Source of the DNA: Lama guanicoe
Taxonomy: Eukaryota
Reading direction: 5' to 3'
Assembly (NCBI GenBank): GCA_013239625.1
Contig: MU053304.1
Coordinates: 124,001-188,000, forward strand
Length of the DNA: 64,000 nucleotides
Position 1 is the first letter of the stretch, and every line of letters starts with the position of its first letter. The position numbers and the translations under genes were made by a program. This document shows positions 11,611 through 25,309 of the stretch, one piece after another. Below the pieces are notes generated by a model that was not told the origin of the DNA, did no database searches, and saw only the letters and a list, made by a program, of their open reading frames with translations.

Positions 11611-14534
11611 CTCAAGGGTAATAGGCACCCCACCTCAGCCTTCCAATCTAATCATGACCTACTGGGGAACAGGTGTCACTGTGTTTCTGCAGAATTTATC
11701 TGCAGACTGTAATGTCTAAATCTCGCACTTATAGGCGATATTGATAACAAGTCCTGGGGTACAACTGAATTCTACAGAGAGGGAGAGTAAGGACTAAATA
11801 AGTTACATTTGTTTGCATGTTTTATTTTCACAGAATAGGCATTCAGATGATTTCAATGGGACTAAAGGAAAGTTTAACCTTTATAGTTTCTTTAAATAAA
11901 AATGGTTATAGATGATGTAAATATGCCCAGAAAACATTATTTGCTTTTGAAACATTAAACATTTTTTCCTCTAAGCAAGAATTGACATGCACTGGTAACT
12001 AACGGAACCTGAACTCAGCCAACCTTACCCCAATCCAAACTGGAATTGACTTTCACTTTTCATCTCCCTGGATAAATGGCCTTGGCAGAAACTGCTGTCA
12101 CAAAGGCCAACTGTAGAAGTGCCACCATAATAATGCTTGACAGCCCAACTCAGGCCGTTTCAGATTCTTCCCTGACTCCTTTTCCATGTCGTTTTTCTGC
12201 TGCTCTGCCAAATGACCAGATGTTAATTACTCCTCTGTAATGCAAGGATCACTAAGCAGATGGAAGGTATCTGATCACCTGGTGCAGTGGCTACTGGGCA
12301 GCCTGTGATTTCTGGCACCTCATAATTTTTTTTTATTACAAATTTTTTCATTATAAAACTATTATTACCACGTTATAAAAATCTGGAAACTAGAGAAAAG
12401 AGAAAAATCACTTATGATCCCATCATCCTACTAAAATCACTGTTAGCATTTTGCTGCATTGTCTGTACTTTTCTTCATGGCTCTCCCTATATGGTTGGAT
12501 GGGCTGCACAGATTTAGCTTATTTGCACCTACCTCCTCTGAAAAGCATTTGCAGCAGCTTATATAAACACATATCATCAGACAGACAACTCCATGGAGGC
12601 ATGCTGTCTGAAACCAGCCTGTCTCCCTGATTTCCCAGTTTCTAACTTGTAGACTTCTCCTTGCCATCTGGGTTGAAACTTCTGCCCCATCTTGGATTCC
12701 GATCCCTCAACCTCAACATCGATTTCCGTTGCGTCTTCTGTCATCACCCCTTTTTCACATCTACCTGTCCCACCCCCATTAATAATGCTGCCATCTCCAG
12801 TCCAGCTTCTTTTCCTGTATCTCTAAATGATTATAATGTTTCTCTGACTCGTTTCTCTGCCTCAACTTCCTCTCCTTTTCCCTCATCTTGTACTACTAAA
12901 TTATCTTCCTCATTTTGACTGTTCTCCCTGAACAACAGATTGAAAACAATTGGTTTTCAATTGTCTGACAAAGCATACTCTTTGGTTGGAAATTGACGTA
13001 TGTACAACCTGTCCCCAGTCTACCCTTCCTCCCCTATCTTCTACCATTTTCCCACATGAAGCCTCTGCTGGTAATCTGGAACCCTAGACATGAAACACAG
13101 TGTGCAGAGTGAGCAGGGTAGGACACTTGCCTGCTCCCTGGTGTCCCTGCAATGGGACTATCATGTGGGCCAGCTGAGATGGGGTAACAGGGATCAGGGC
13201 TACCCTTCCACCATTAACAACTGTGAAAGTGGCCAAAATAAATGAAGCAATTGTTTCCAAGAATTAAGCTACCAATAGAGCAGGGCTGTGAACTTGGAGA
13301 GAAAAGAAATAAAGGAAGTGAGGTCCAGTGTCACCTAGCTTTCTGCTGGGGGGCACTTTTCAACTGGAGCTCTGGGGAATGGATGTGAGAGTGATGTGCT
13401 AAAGCCTCTGCATGGAGCAAAGACTGCACAGGATACAAGAAACCAGTGCAGTATTTGCTTTTTAAGAGTAGGCTGCTCAAACTCTGGATTTTAAAAATAC
13501 ATAATTCTCTTGAGATTTCCAATGGGAAATCTCTCTTTATGGTTCATCTTTCTTTCAATTTTGTTTAGTTGAAAATACTGAGCAATACTGCCCGCAGTGT
13601 CAAGGAGGACTCTGACTAAAAGAAGATGAAAGCATTTTTAGGCAGTGATGTTTCCTGTCTCTCAGCCTTCTATCTACTAAGCCTCATTGTCTATTATGAA
13701 GAAGAAAGAGCACGCTGGACCTGCAGAGTTTTGCATCAGTGGAATATGTATATGTCTCTGCAATGTTTTCGAAGACCAGGCTACTATGCTACTAACATTT
13801 GCAGCAGACTGAAGCCACAAGGGTGGACACCTATCATGGGCAAGCTATCAAAGGCTGTGTTAGCCCTAAAGCCGTATCAGAGAATGACTAAAGCCACGGC
13901 AGTCACCAGACACCACACGGGGCAGGAAGCAGCTAAAGACTTAAGCGGCACACCTGGAGGGGTGTTAGGGCGGTGACGGGTAGGGTTTGCTCTCCGCACA
14001 CCGCACACACTTTCCCTTCCCTCCTACTGTAGTTTCCAAAGGTTATTGGCCTCAAAGTCTACTTTTTTCTGCCTAGCTCCATTCCAAAAGAACGTTCAAA
14101 GAGCCCCTAACAGCCACCTTCGGCAATTTGCTAGACAGATGGAGACCTGCAGGGAGTAGTGCAGGCTCCTCCAGCTCTGGCCTGGAGGGGCTCCTCCTGC
14201 CCACGCCGAGCACCCCCTGCATCTCTCCAGTGTGTCATCAAATCCTTAGGGGCTTTCTTCTTTAACATATTATGCCCAACTGGAACTTCCTAAAGGGCCA
14301 AGGCCTGAAACTGGTTCTTTTGCCTTCACTGTTGCCTCTTCTGAGGCCTGAGAAGGGTCCCAGTAAGAGGATGTTTCTTAATCTCACTCTTACCAAAGTC
14401 TCCATAGGAACACAATCTTCAGGTCACAGAGGCTCACTAGGGCAAGTTCAGAAACAAAGTAACCCTAACCTTGCACATTACACTGCCTGGGGAGTACAAG
14501 GCAGCCAGGCCGACCGCACAGGTGTGCGCGCTGC

Positions 14535-14548
14535 CTGCCACCTGGAGT
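14535..14548 (-). promoter_or_regulatory. Candidate CTCF motif next to the exon donor
   Basis: Minus strand ACTCCAGGTGGCAG in a small CpG-rich patch, about 25 bp into the intron. Motif match only. Confidence 0.3.
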
Positions 14549-14570
14549 GGTATAGAAATTTCCATCCTAC

Positions 14571-14650
14571 CGTCAGCAAGTGATTTGCAGGAAAGGGCGT
14601 CATCGAGGTCGCGGGCAGTTGATGGGTCAATGGTGAAGATACAGTCTCTT
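14571..14650 (-). CDS. DIS3L2: DIS3L2 internal coding exon (80 bp, human exon 10 equivalent) with the RNB catalytic motif
   Basis: Translation (R)[26 protein letters not shown](G) contains the RNase II-family DPxxxxDxDD motif. Acceptor tcttcaatctttcctag|A, branch-like CTAAT at 14672-14676, donor ACG|gtagga. Joins in frame with the 174-bp exon (AG|A = Arg). Confidence 0.97.
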
Positions 14651-16099
14651 CTAGGAAAGATTGAAGACATAATTAGCAAGGCCACAAATAACAGGAACTT
14701 TATCCCATTGTAGTACAGCTTTAAAGAACAGTTATTTTGCAAATCTATAAACAGTAGGTGAAGTTGAGAGTAACTTCTCTCCTGTTTCTCTGAGAAGGGT
14801 ATCTTTAGTAAAATGTGAAACTGGAGGTAAGACAAACAGGGGAGGATAACAAGGCTCCAAACTGTCTCTGAGGGTCTTTCTCTCTCTCTCTGTGGACAGG
14901 CACCTACTTCTCCTTGACCCTGAGCAAGAATAGGTGTGAGCAGGTGGGACTGAGGCAGGTTCCATGAATGAGGCTTTCCAAGAAGAGTTATTGACAAGAG
15001 GGGCAAGTCCCTTTGGTAAATCTCTCTCCAGTGGCCAGTTCTTTCCTTTGCCTCCCTCTTCCTCAGTGGCTAATGGAAACCTGTCCTTCAAGAATTATAT
15101 GAGGATGATTTACTGTTTCTCCTCCTATTGTGCAAAACTGGGGTATACCAAAGAATAAATCATCTGACTTGTTGTGATACAGGGACAGAACCCTAGAATA
15201 AGCTTTGCAAAAATCTCTGGGCCATACAGGTAGCCATATGGCAATTCTACTTGGAAATGGCCCTAATCACAGTTTATTTCCATGAAAAAATTGTATACTT
15301 CGCTCAGGTTCACATGATTAAGCACATTCTATGCCCACTTATCTCACACAGTACCCCCATGCATATCTCATTCTTCACCTGTGAAGACCCAGGACATTCT
15401 CACTTTGCTTTAGAACTTCCCAAATAACATGCCCCATCCAATCTACCCATTTCTACCATCGAAATACCTAAGATTTAGGCAGTCTGTCCTCAGTTCTCTA
15501 CATCTCCTGCCCCTTCCTCCCCAGGCACTGGCCTGGAGGTTGGGGTGCTGAGCAGGAGCCACCCTCCCTCTCCTACCCGCAGGCTGTCTAGTCAGCACTC
15601 CCTGCTCCCACTGGATGCTCCTCAAGTTCTTCCTCCATCTCCTCTGGTCCCAACAGCACCACTGCTGCCATTCCCCAGTCTTCTCCTGACTCATCAACAC
15701 CAGTGATGGTGGACATCCTGGTATTCACCAAAATTGGACTGGCTTTGTTCTTTAAGTCTTATTTCCTGTATTGCTCCTCTGCTCAAAACTTTCTTAAAGC
15801 ATTCGGAGGCTATCTAGCAGCTCTGGGCACTGGCCTGCAAAACTCTGGAGACCTTTATCTGTCCCTTTACTGTCACTTTCCTTACTCCTAATAACCTTCA
15901 ACAGTCCTCTCTGATCCTTCACACTGATCACCTCACCACTACAATACTTTGATTCTAAGACAGTATTGATCCTAGGATGTACTATCAATTCAATAATAGC
16001 TTTTTGGGGAAACAAAAAACCCCACCATATTAAATATACACACTGATTTTAATGTACTTCAGGATTTAAGAAATGTCAAAATGTTTAAAAAAGACTCAA

Positions 16100-16480
16100 A
16101 TGGTAAGTGGATAAATGGATAACCAAACTATGGTACATCTACACAATGGACTACCACTTAGCAACAAAAAAGAACGAATTATTCATACACACAACTTGGA
16201 TGAATCTCAAAGGCATTATGTTAAGGAAACTGCTCTCACAAGCTTATATAATGTACTATTCCACTTATATGACGTTCTCAAAAAGACAAACATATATGCC
16301 AGAGAGCAGATTAGTGATTTCCACAGGCTGGGGAAAGTGTGATTATAAAGGGCTGCTTGTTCTGGAAGAACAGAGCTTTTCTGTATCTTGATTGTGGTGG
16401 TGGTTACATGAATCTATACGTGTCTTAAAATTCAGAGACCTGTATAACAAAGGTCAATTTTACTGTTTATTAATTTTTAA
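16100..16480 (+). mobile_element. Old LINE-1 (L1M-type) 3' end
   Basis: aatggataaccaaactatggtacatctacacaatgg...ggatgaatctcaaaggcattatg...ttgattgtggtggtggttacatg. Confidence 0.85.
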
Positions 16481-17823
16481 AATTTAAATGTGATTTTTGA
16501 ATCAAGGAAAGAAAATGAAAATAGTTAACAGAATTGATCAATAGGTGCAAGAATATGGATTAAATTTTTTCCTTTATATTTGTATTTTTCAAAATATTCT
16601 CTACAATTGAGCATTACTATTATAAATGGAAAAAGTGAATAATGCAGAGAATCTCCTCCAATCAAAGAATAATCAGATACATAACACTGTTTATAAGGAT
16701 GTTCAGCAGTTTTATAGACTAGTATTGCTTAATATAGTTAATTAATAGCTTTAAAATTATGAATCTGGTAAAACTAGACACTTAGCGGTACACTAAGAAA
16801 AGAGGACAGGGAGAGGTGGATGCCACCCAGAGGGAGGAACAGAGAGAGCATTTTAGAGCACGGTCCCAGAAAGACTGGTTCATCGGGAGATCAACTCTTC
16901 TCACTAAGTATGTCAAGAAGAGGCACATACAGTGTGGGGAATATAAATGTTGAGGTGTCAGGATATAAAGAAATAATCTGCTTCACTATATAAAAGAAGC
17001 TGTAATTAGACAAGGGTGCCAAAGGAAAAGAGAAACATCAATGTCCCCTAGAAAGCAAGCTCCCCAAAGGCTTTTGTTTCAGTGCTATGAACAGAGGCTG
17101 CAACTCACAAATGTTTGTTGAATGAATGAATAAATGAATGCTGACAGGAAGTGACAAGGAGGTAAAATTAATCCTGGTACCATGGCAATGGGCTCTAAAT
17201 TGGTGAGGATCTTGGACTTGATTCACAAGGTAAAGAAGGAACTGTCTGATTTTTGCTCCTTCTCGTATCCCCCATAAAAGCTAACAAACTGCATTCTATA
17301 TCCTGAGTACTCAATAAGTACTTGTTGAACTGAAACTGATATGTCAGACTGGGTGGTGGGCAAGTTTGGGTCCTCCTTCAATCACTGTAATGCCAGCATG
17401 AGAAGCGGAAAGAACGTTCGTCCAGTCGAAATCAAAAAGACCACTCTGTTAGCTTGATGGGACCAGTTTACTGGTTTACTTGAGAAGTTGTTTTCTTAAA
17501 ATCAAATGTCTCTGGGTGTTTTGAGACTTTTATTCTATGAATGAATGAGAATGCCCACTAGAACCTTTTCAGCCTCAAAACTGATTCAGCCACATGTGAC
17601 AGTAAAACTTAAGGCTTCAACTATTAGTTTGTAAACATCTTTCTCTGAGAGGACCATCTTAAACAAGCCTTTAAGTACTCAAAACCAAATCTCTATTATG
17701 CCTTTTTTTTTTCAAATCTGTTCTTAAACCAGAAACATAAAAGTCTAAATTAAAACAACTCTGAGGAATGGTACTCAGGAAAGCTTACTGGAAAAGACAT
17801 ACCATACAAACATTATTCTTGAT

Positions 17824-18121
17824 CAGGGGTCGGCAAACTACAGTTCACAGACCAAATTGGGCCTGCCACCTGTTTCTGAATGGCCTGCAAGCTAAGAATG
17901 GTTTTTTCCTTTTCACATGGTTGAAAAAAAAACAAAAGAAATATTATTTCATGACACATGAAAATTGTACAAAATTTAAATTTTGGTATATGTAAATTAA
18001 GCTTTATTGGAATGTAGTCATGCTTTTTGGATATAATGGCAGGGTTGAGTAGAGCAGTTATGACAGGGACCATATGCTAAAACATCTATCTGGCCATTAG
18101 CAGGAAGTTTGCAGATCCCTG
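17824..18121 (-). mobile_element. MER58-like hAT-Charlie non-autonomous DNA transposon
   Basis: TIRs caggggtcggcaaact ... agtttgcagatccctg; 8-bp TSD ttcttgat/ttttagat. Confidence 0.85.
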
Positions 18122-21100
18122 TTTTAGATCAGTGTTTCCCAATGTACCAAATAAATGTTTTAATTTTTAAAAGAGCTCTTGTGATTAAATCAGTTTGGGA
18201 AATGCTGGGCCAATTTTTTAACTGTAGCCTTGCCCATCTGATCACTCAGTGCCCCTTTCATGTGCACTTCTGGAGCAATATTATGCAACCCAAGGACCAC
18301 TCTCCTTCTCTTGAGCTGATGGTTTGTTTGTACCTTACAGACGTGTGAATTTTATCTTTTTAAGTTTCCTTTTTTGCTTTGGCTGCTAGGAAACTCAGAA
18401 AAAACATTTTTGACTTGTTTCAAGAGACTCTCATTTGTAGTTTGAGCTTTGTGAACTAACCTTTATCTTGGGTATGCCTAATATTCCTTCTGCCCAGTAG
18501 CCTAATTAAAAAAAAAAATCACTGCATTATATGTATATCTGTAAGTTACCTTTAATCATCACTTTAAAAAGCAGAATATAAAAACATACACACATATATT
18601 GGGTTACAACACTTCAGAGTCATGTGTTGAGGGGATGCTGGAAGAAAAAGAGACATTCAGCAAAGCAGGCTACAAAGAGAACTAACTTCTAGACAGAGTA
18701 AAACTCAGAGAGCTTCCAAAAAGTATTTGTACTGTAGTGGTAGAATCCAAACTTGCTCTCTCACTGTGGAAAATTGGGAGAAGCAAGGGAACAGTGAGTG
18801 ACCCTGACAAACCCCAGTCCTCAGTGCTGAGAGCCAGTGATTTAATCTGTTGTCATCACCACAATTACCAATCGGCCACGATGTGGTGCATGAGGGCTCC
18901 TTCTGGTTGTGGGCCACAGTGGCTGGGAGCTGCTGGCCTCAGCACTTGGGAGCACGGTCCCACAGGGGCGGTGCTCCGTGCAGCTGTTACACTCTGTTAA
19001 CATGCCTGGGATTTTACTGGCTCCTTTTCTGGAAGGCTTTGGTCTCGCAACCTGCAGGGAGCAGCCTGGCCTGCCAGCTTTTAGAACCTGCAAGACCAAA
19101 TATTTAAAGAGTTCTGCAACAATGGTTAGAAAGAAGCTAACCCTGACCCACAGAAAATAAAGTGCCAGGTGGGGGAGGGCAAGGATGAGGCTGCAGAATT
19201 CCAATTCGGAGCAGTGTTATGTAACCAAAATTTCTGAAGGCACGTGACTGAAGGGCTTAGTAGTACTTTTTATTTAAAGCGACAGAAAACTTCTAAGATT
19301 GTTTTACTCAAAGCCATTGGTCCAGGAAAAGAACATATGAAGAATAACTAAAAGTTTTCTATAATCCCTGAAGACCTGGCCAAGAATCCCGGGAAGTAAC
19401 AAAAGCATAGAAAGAACTTCTGTTCCTCTGTCACTCACATGCTCTTCCTTTGACCTTGCATCCTCTTCCTCCTCCAGGTACCAACATCTCTATCTCCTGC
19501 AGCTGGAAGCAGCTGTCTAGTCTCCGCAGCAACATTTACTCACCACACTGTCACCATTCACCTCACTGGATTTTGGCCATGGCCCTTACCACATCACAGA
19601 AATCACTTTCCCCAAGGTCATGTTTGCTGCCAGATTAATCGTCTTAATGCATGTGTCTGGTCAGAAACCTTCATCAACTCCTTTACTCCTTACCAAGTAA
19701 AACAGAAATTCAGCCTTTCATGATATGGCCTCAATTCCTAGTTTTCCAATTAGATAGCACTCCCAACATGTACCTTATGTACCAAACTTTTCTCTACACT
19801 CTCTGGTCCCTGAAACACTGTTTGTGCTGTTTCTAACATTGGGACATTTACCCCACCAATCTCCAATGTCTAAGACCTACTTAGCTTTTAAAGGCCTGGC
19901 TGCAGTGCCATGTTTTCTTCCAGGGAAACTTCGTGGCTTCACAGAACAGAAGCCTTCTCTCCCCAGCTGCCCCGTCCATGCCTGCAAGCTGCCCCTTCCC
20001 AATGGCACTGGGCATGGCCCTGGCATGCTGCTGGTCACTCATGGACATGTCTTATCACTGTGACAAGGCTGGCAGCTCCCCTGAGGTCTGGCTCTGATAC
20101 CGAACTATCTCTGTTTCACGTCCAGCACACTGACGGCACACAGTGATGAATAGCTGATGGATAAGTGAATGAAAAAATGACCAAAGGGCTCTCTTTAGCA
20201 CTTTTCCATTCAATTTTGCCACTGTGTCTTGGGAAATACATTTAGGATTAGAACTCATGACCTCCTGGCGTCCAACCCTGTGGTCACACCACAGAGTTAT
20301 TGTTTCCAAGGGTGTCCTTTTCTGTCTGTCCCATCTTCTTTTCTCATAAAACAGTGTTTTACAAACTGCGGTTCAGGGACCATTTCCAGACTAACAAAAT
20401 TTATAGAAGCCCTCTTCTGTCCGTGCCTCTGGGTTTGTCTCCTTGCTAGCAAGCAGTTCTGTTGAGAAGGATCTGGGTCAGTGATGGTGAATGGGTGAAA
20501 GGGAATGGAAAATATTTAAGAAATAACCTTAAGAGGATAAAGAAAACCATTTTCACTCACTTTCTTAGATTAGATGATATCAGTTTATATAGAAACCAGA
20601 ATTTTTTACGTAACTGTAGCAGGAAAAATAACAAGTTGGAGCACTCAGTCATGGTGAGGAGCCCGGTGTGGAGAGTCCAGCCAGATGGGTGCTGGGACAG
20701 CCAGTCAAGTGCATGGTGGCTAAGGGAGCAGCGAGAGCAGCCGAGTCCCAGTGGGTCCAGGAAGCCTTTCTATCCAAAGTGCTCTCTGAACATCTCTCTT
20801 ACTTCTTTTACCTCTGTTAGTAGAGTTTTCCTATAACTTAGATTTAAAATATCAGATTGGGGTTACTTTAAGATAGGCTGTAAGAATGCTGATTGATACA
20901 AATTAAGTTTTAAAACTAGATAAAATGAAGTAGCATAAGCTTCAGGAAATGTTCCCATGGGGGGATCAAATATCTAAACATAATGTTAAGAGTTTAAGCA
21001 TAAAAAGTCTTATACAACATGCAAAATCTTCATAGATATAGATATATTAGAGGTCTTCATTTCACCATGGGAAATCTTGCTCTCATTAAAAACACCTTTT

Positions 21101-21169
21101 CCCCCTTATCTCCTAGAAATCATCTCTTGAGAGGACAGAATTATAGAAATGGTGGGTTTTATTTTTAAC

Positions 21170-21240
21170 TCTTGTATTATAGATGGGAAAACTGGGGCTC
21201 AGAGAGATTAAGTAACTTGCCTAAGGTAACAGAAGTGCAC
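21170..21240 (-). mobile_element. MIR core fragment
   Basis: agatgggaaaactggggctcagagagattaagtaacttgcctaaggt. Confidence 0.75.
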
Positions 21241-24169
21241 AACTCTGATTTAATGGGACAGGAATTCAAAAGGGAAGGTGTCAAAAGAAGTAAAGCAGAC
21301 CAAGAAGTTTTATTTCAAATGGAAGTTGACATCTATCTCTTCCAGTTACCCTGAGCTCCATACTTTTCCTTAAAATTTAAACATCCCAGAAGCATTTTGA
21401 ATAAAGTAATAATTACCCCAAATTTCTTTCAGAGAAAGTTTCCCATGGTTGACTTCATTTTTAGGTACCAAATCCAAATCTGAAAACTTTTCACCCTCAA
21501 CTTGAAAACTGGCATACAGAGTTCTGACATCGTTTATTCAAAGTGATATTCCTTAGTATGTCAAAGAAAGTCAAATCTCAAGTATTTTCTTTTGGAAAAG
21601 GTATCCAAAAATAGGAAAAGGTAGCCAAAAAAAGAACATGAATAGATACATTTTCACTTAAAAATATTACACTTTCAAATTTGCTTTGCAATTTCCAGAA
21701 GAGACATAGTTAATATATTAAAATAAAACAAATTATAACCGAATTTTAATATAACTTTATCAGAAATGTAAACACAATGGTAAAGGCCAGTATTTAACAG
21801 ATTTAAATTCTAGTGGACGGAATTAAGAATAGACACAAAGTCAAGGAATTAACTATGTCTAGACATCTCTCCTAGATTTCTATTTGCGGAACAGTATTTT
21901 TTTTCTCATCCTTTGAATTCCCAAGCTAGGAATTCAGAACCTGCTGTTGAAAGGATCATCATCCTTAATTCTCAATCCATTTATCAGGCTAAAATGCAAA
22001 TGTAAGTAATGAATACATTTCAACAGCTCCAGAGCTCCAAAGAGCCTTCTCAGGGAACATGCTGAGCTAACTGGGGAAGGGTTAAGCCACCCCTATTTTT
22101 CAGATCTGAAAACAGTTGTTCTGATATGAGAAGAATCATTACAGTGGTGCCAGCCCCCTTCTATAAAAGCTATACACATTTTTTGCACAACTGTATGATT
22201 GTTATGGCAACCATAAAAATGGAACTATCATTCTTCAAATTACACACTACCCACACTGGATTACCTACATATGTTTGTTCTTCTATATTACCCAGAATTT
22301 CTTTTCAGCAAGTGCTATGTCTGTCCTATAGATGTTTAGGAGCAAGATAAAGTGGTCTCTTTCAAAAGCAGAGTCCACAACAATGAATCTTTCAAAGGCC
22401 TAGTTCTTCAAGGATTCTAGGGTTTCCCTGTCAAGCCTTTTAGTCCTATGGTCACTGGGAGGCCTCAAAATATTCCCCTGGGAGGCAGAGGAACTGCCTG
22501 GAAAATGTATTTCCCAAATGATTGTTTTTTTGTTGAGAATGATTAAAGCACCATGAATGAGCCTTAATAGACCTTGCACAATTCTGTAAAGTACTGAGAA
22601 CATTTACTACAGTCTCAGCTTAGTGAGGTGAGAGACTTGTTTGAGAAATATATACAAGCATTTTAATTAAATTTACTGCTGAAAATAATAACATAAATAT
22701 ATCAAACAAACATGTCAAAATTAACTTTAGCTATACTTCAGGGTGATCAGGGACTGATTCTCTTATTACTTTGGCTAATATGAGTAGAACTTTTAACAGG
22801 AAAGAGTGTGAATTTTTTCTTCTCATTATTGGGGAAAGCAAAGTCTAGTTTTGTGTACCTTTTAAATATTAACTTTGGGCCACAATTCTGTTCCATTATT
22901 CACAGAGGTGATTCTATAGTTTAAAAAAAAAAAAGAAAGAAAGCAGCCTGGTAATGACTTCCTGGCTGATTTTAATATTAAACACTTAGGTTTTAGACAA
23001 AAACATGTTCATAATTACTGTTTGCTTCAGAGAGTTTCCAAATAAGGCACTGAATTCATCTAGTTTTCCTTTCTCAAAAACACAAAAACACCCCCAAAGT
23101 CTCCATATGAGGTAGGCAGGGCAAGTCAAGCTCTAACAGCAGCACCCCTAGTTACAGTAAGCTCTCCCTCGGCCACAGGATAGAGTGAAACACACAGTGC
23201 TGCTTCTCCAGTCCCACTCCATCTTCAAGAGGGGAGGAGCCCCAAAGTGACCCCAGATGACCGCCTGCACCTCACCTCTTCCTGCACTTTCAGAGCTCAA
23301 GTCACCCAGCATACTCCTTCTATCTCAGCCCAATACCCATGATCCAGTCTTTATCAAGCCTTGGATCAGCCCTGAATTCCTAATCCTACCCTCGTTTCCT
23401 GCTGAAGCAGCTCTCCTTAGCTGGACTCCAGTCTCCCTTCTCTCCTGCCTTTCAAATCCTTAAGCATTTGACTGCCAGGATAAAGTTCCTAAAACACAGC
23501 ATCAGATTATGTTCCTTTCTCAAAAGCCCTCACTGGCTTCCAACTATCTTGACATTACAGTCCTCAGCCTGGCATTCAATATCCTCCATGATCTGGCTTC
23601 GAACTACTTTTCCATCCCTACTTAAGATGACTTACCTTCATTAACATGGGACCGTAGTAAGCCAGTTCTACTAAACATCTTGAATTAAAGATTTGTATAG
23701 ATTCATCATCTCTTCTTCTAGACTTTATTCTCTTTGGCAGAAAGGACTGTTTCTTTCAATTACATATTTTTTAATTGCAACAATACCAATTTCAGGGTTT
23801 TGCAAATAGTAGAGATAGTAAATATTTACTGAATTGAATCTTTAATTGGACTCCTTCAGCTCTAACCACTGAAAAAAAGGCTGCAGCTGTGGCAGAGCTA
23901 ATATCCCTTTACCAGAAGTACCATCATACCTGTGAGACAGAATCCACTTTAGGTGATACCTTGGGACCTCTAGCTATGGCCTGGGAAAACAGTCCTAAAG
24001 AATTTTCCAGGTTTAGAACCAAAGTCTTTTGGATTATAAATATCCTGATAGGCAAGAGTAGATAAAAAGGGGCCAAAGAAGCAGGTAATGGGAACAGAAT
24101 TTGCCTTAACTATCTTTTGGGTTAGGCAATGGGCCTTAATGGTCACCAGAAAGAAAGAAGGGTTGATAT

Positions 24170-24400
24170 TTTATCAAGCATAGTGTATGCGAGACCTGTG
24201 CTAAGCATTATACATATTATATTTAATCCTTGCCATAACCTCATGAAAAATATAATAACTGTACATTCCTTTTAACTTGTAAAGAAAGAGAGGCTCAGAG
24301 AATTTAAGTAATTTGCCAAGAATACATACCTAGTAAGTGGCAGAGTAAGCGATGATTCAAGCTAAACTTGTCTCTTAAAACTATGTTCTAGTATTTTACC
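24170..24400 (-). mobile_element. MIR SINE
   Basis: tgtgctaagcatt...atttaatcct...gaggctcagagaatttaagtaatttgccaag...ctagtaagtggcagag. Confidence 0.8.
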
Positions 24401-24559
24401 CTTGTGGTATCAGGGTCATTTAAAAATTTCAAACTCCTGGGGTAGAGAAATAATCAGTGACATAAAGGTGTATAAAGGTAGAAGGGAACAGAGGTCTGGT
24501 AGACTGTTATCTGTCCTGACATTCCCTGAGCGTGTAACCCAAAGCAGACAAACTGATTC

Positions 24560-24938
24560 TCAACCTAGATTTGGAATTAGGACAGAGAAAGGGAGAGGGA
24601 GGGAAGGAGGAAGGCAAGTGAGGAGGGGAGAGGGAGAGAGACATCAGGCTCCCTCTGGGTGACTGTGGTAGTTCCTAGGTGGCAGCCATCCCATCGAGGA
24701 GGAGGAGGAAGCAAATGAGGCCAGTATGAGTGAGGGCAAGAAGGAAGCAGATGTGTGGAGAGCAGGAGCAGCAGAGACGGGGAGAAGACTTTCTGGGTTT
24801 CCTGCCTCTTCAGCCCCTGGTTCCCTGCCCTTGGATTCTGGGAGTCACCACAGGATCCTTAAAACAAATTCCCCTTTCTGCTTAAGTGAGCTCCAGTGGT
24901 TTCTGTTATTTGGGACCAAAAAAGTCTTAATTAATGCA
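24560..24938 (+). mobile_element. MLT1-type MaLR LTR fragment
   Basis: 3' terminus aaattcccctttctgcttaag...tttctgttatttgggaccaaaaaagtcttaattaatgca. Confidence 0.65.
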
Positions 24939-25309
24939 ACAGCTGTGGAAAGTTTCCTAGAATGGCTAACTTGTCATGGCTTTCTCTAATGCTCTCTCGT
25001 TAACAAGCCACAACAGGATGTTACAGTCAAGGCTTCCACGCTGCCCACTCCAGGGGGTACCAGGCGTTGGGAAGCAGAGGGAGGGCATGGCAGAGTATCA
25101 TATCAAGTTTCCATTTCAAAAACAAACCAATTTTTAAAAAGAACTGCTTTTGTAATTCAAATTACACAAAGTACAATGCTACAATACTTTTTGGCCAGTA
25201 GGGATTTGAAGAAGGCTCCTAACTTCCTTCTCAATGTCTCAATGATTGATTTCTGGTTTTGATTGATTTTTAAAATGTTTACCAAGAGTGTGGGTTTAAG
25301 GTGGAGACA

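Noticed and set aside
14437..15006. 189-aa ORF as a standalone gene
   Set aside because: Only the 80-bp segment is DIS3L2-like and it is bounded by canonical splice sites. The rest is open intron.
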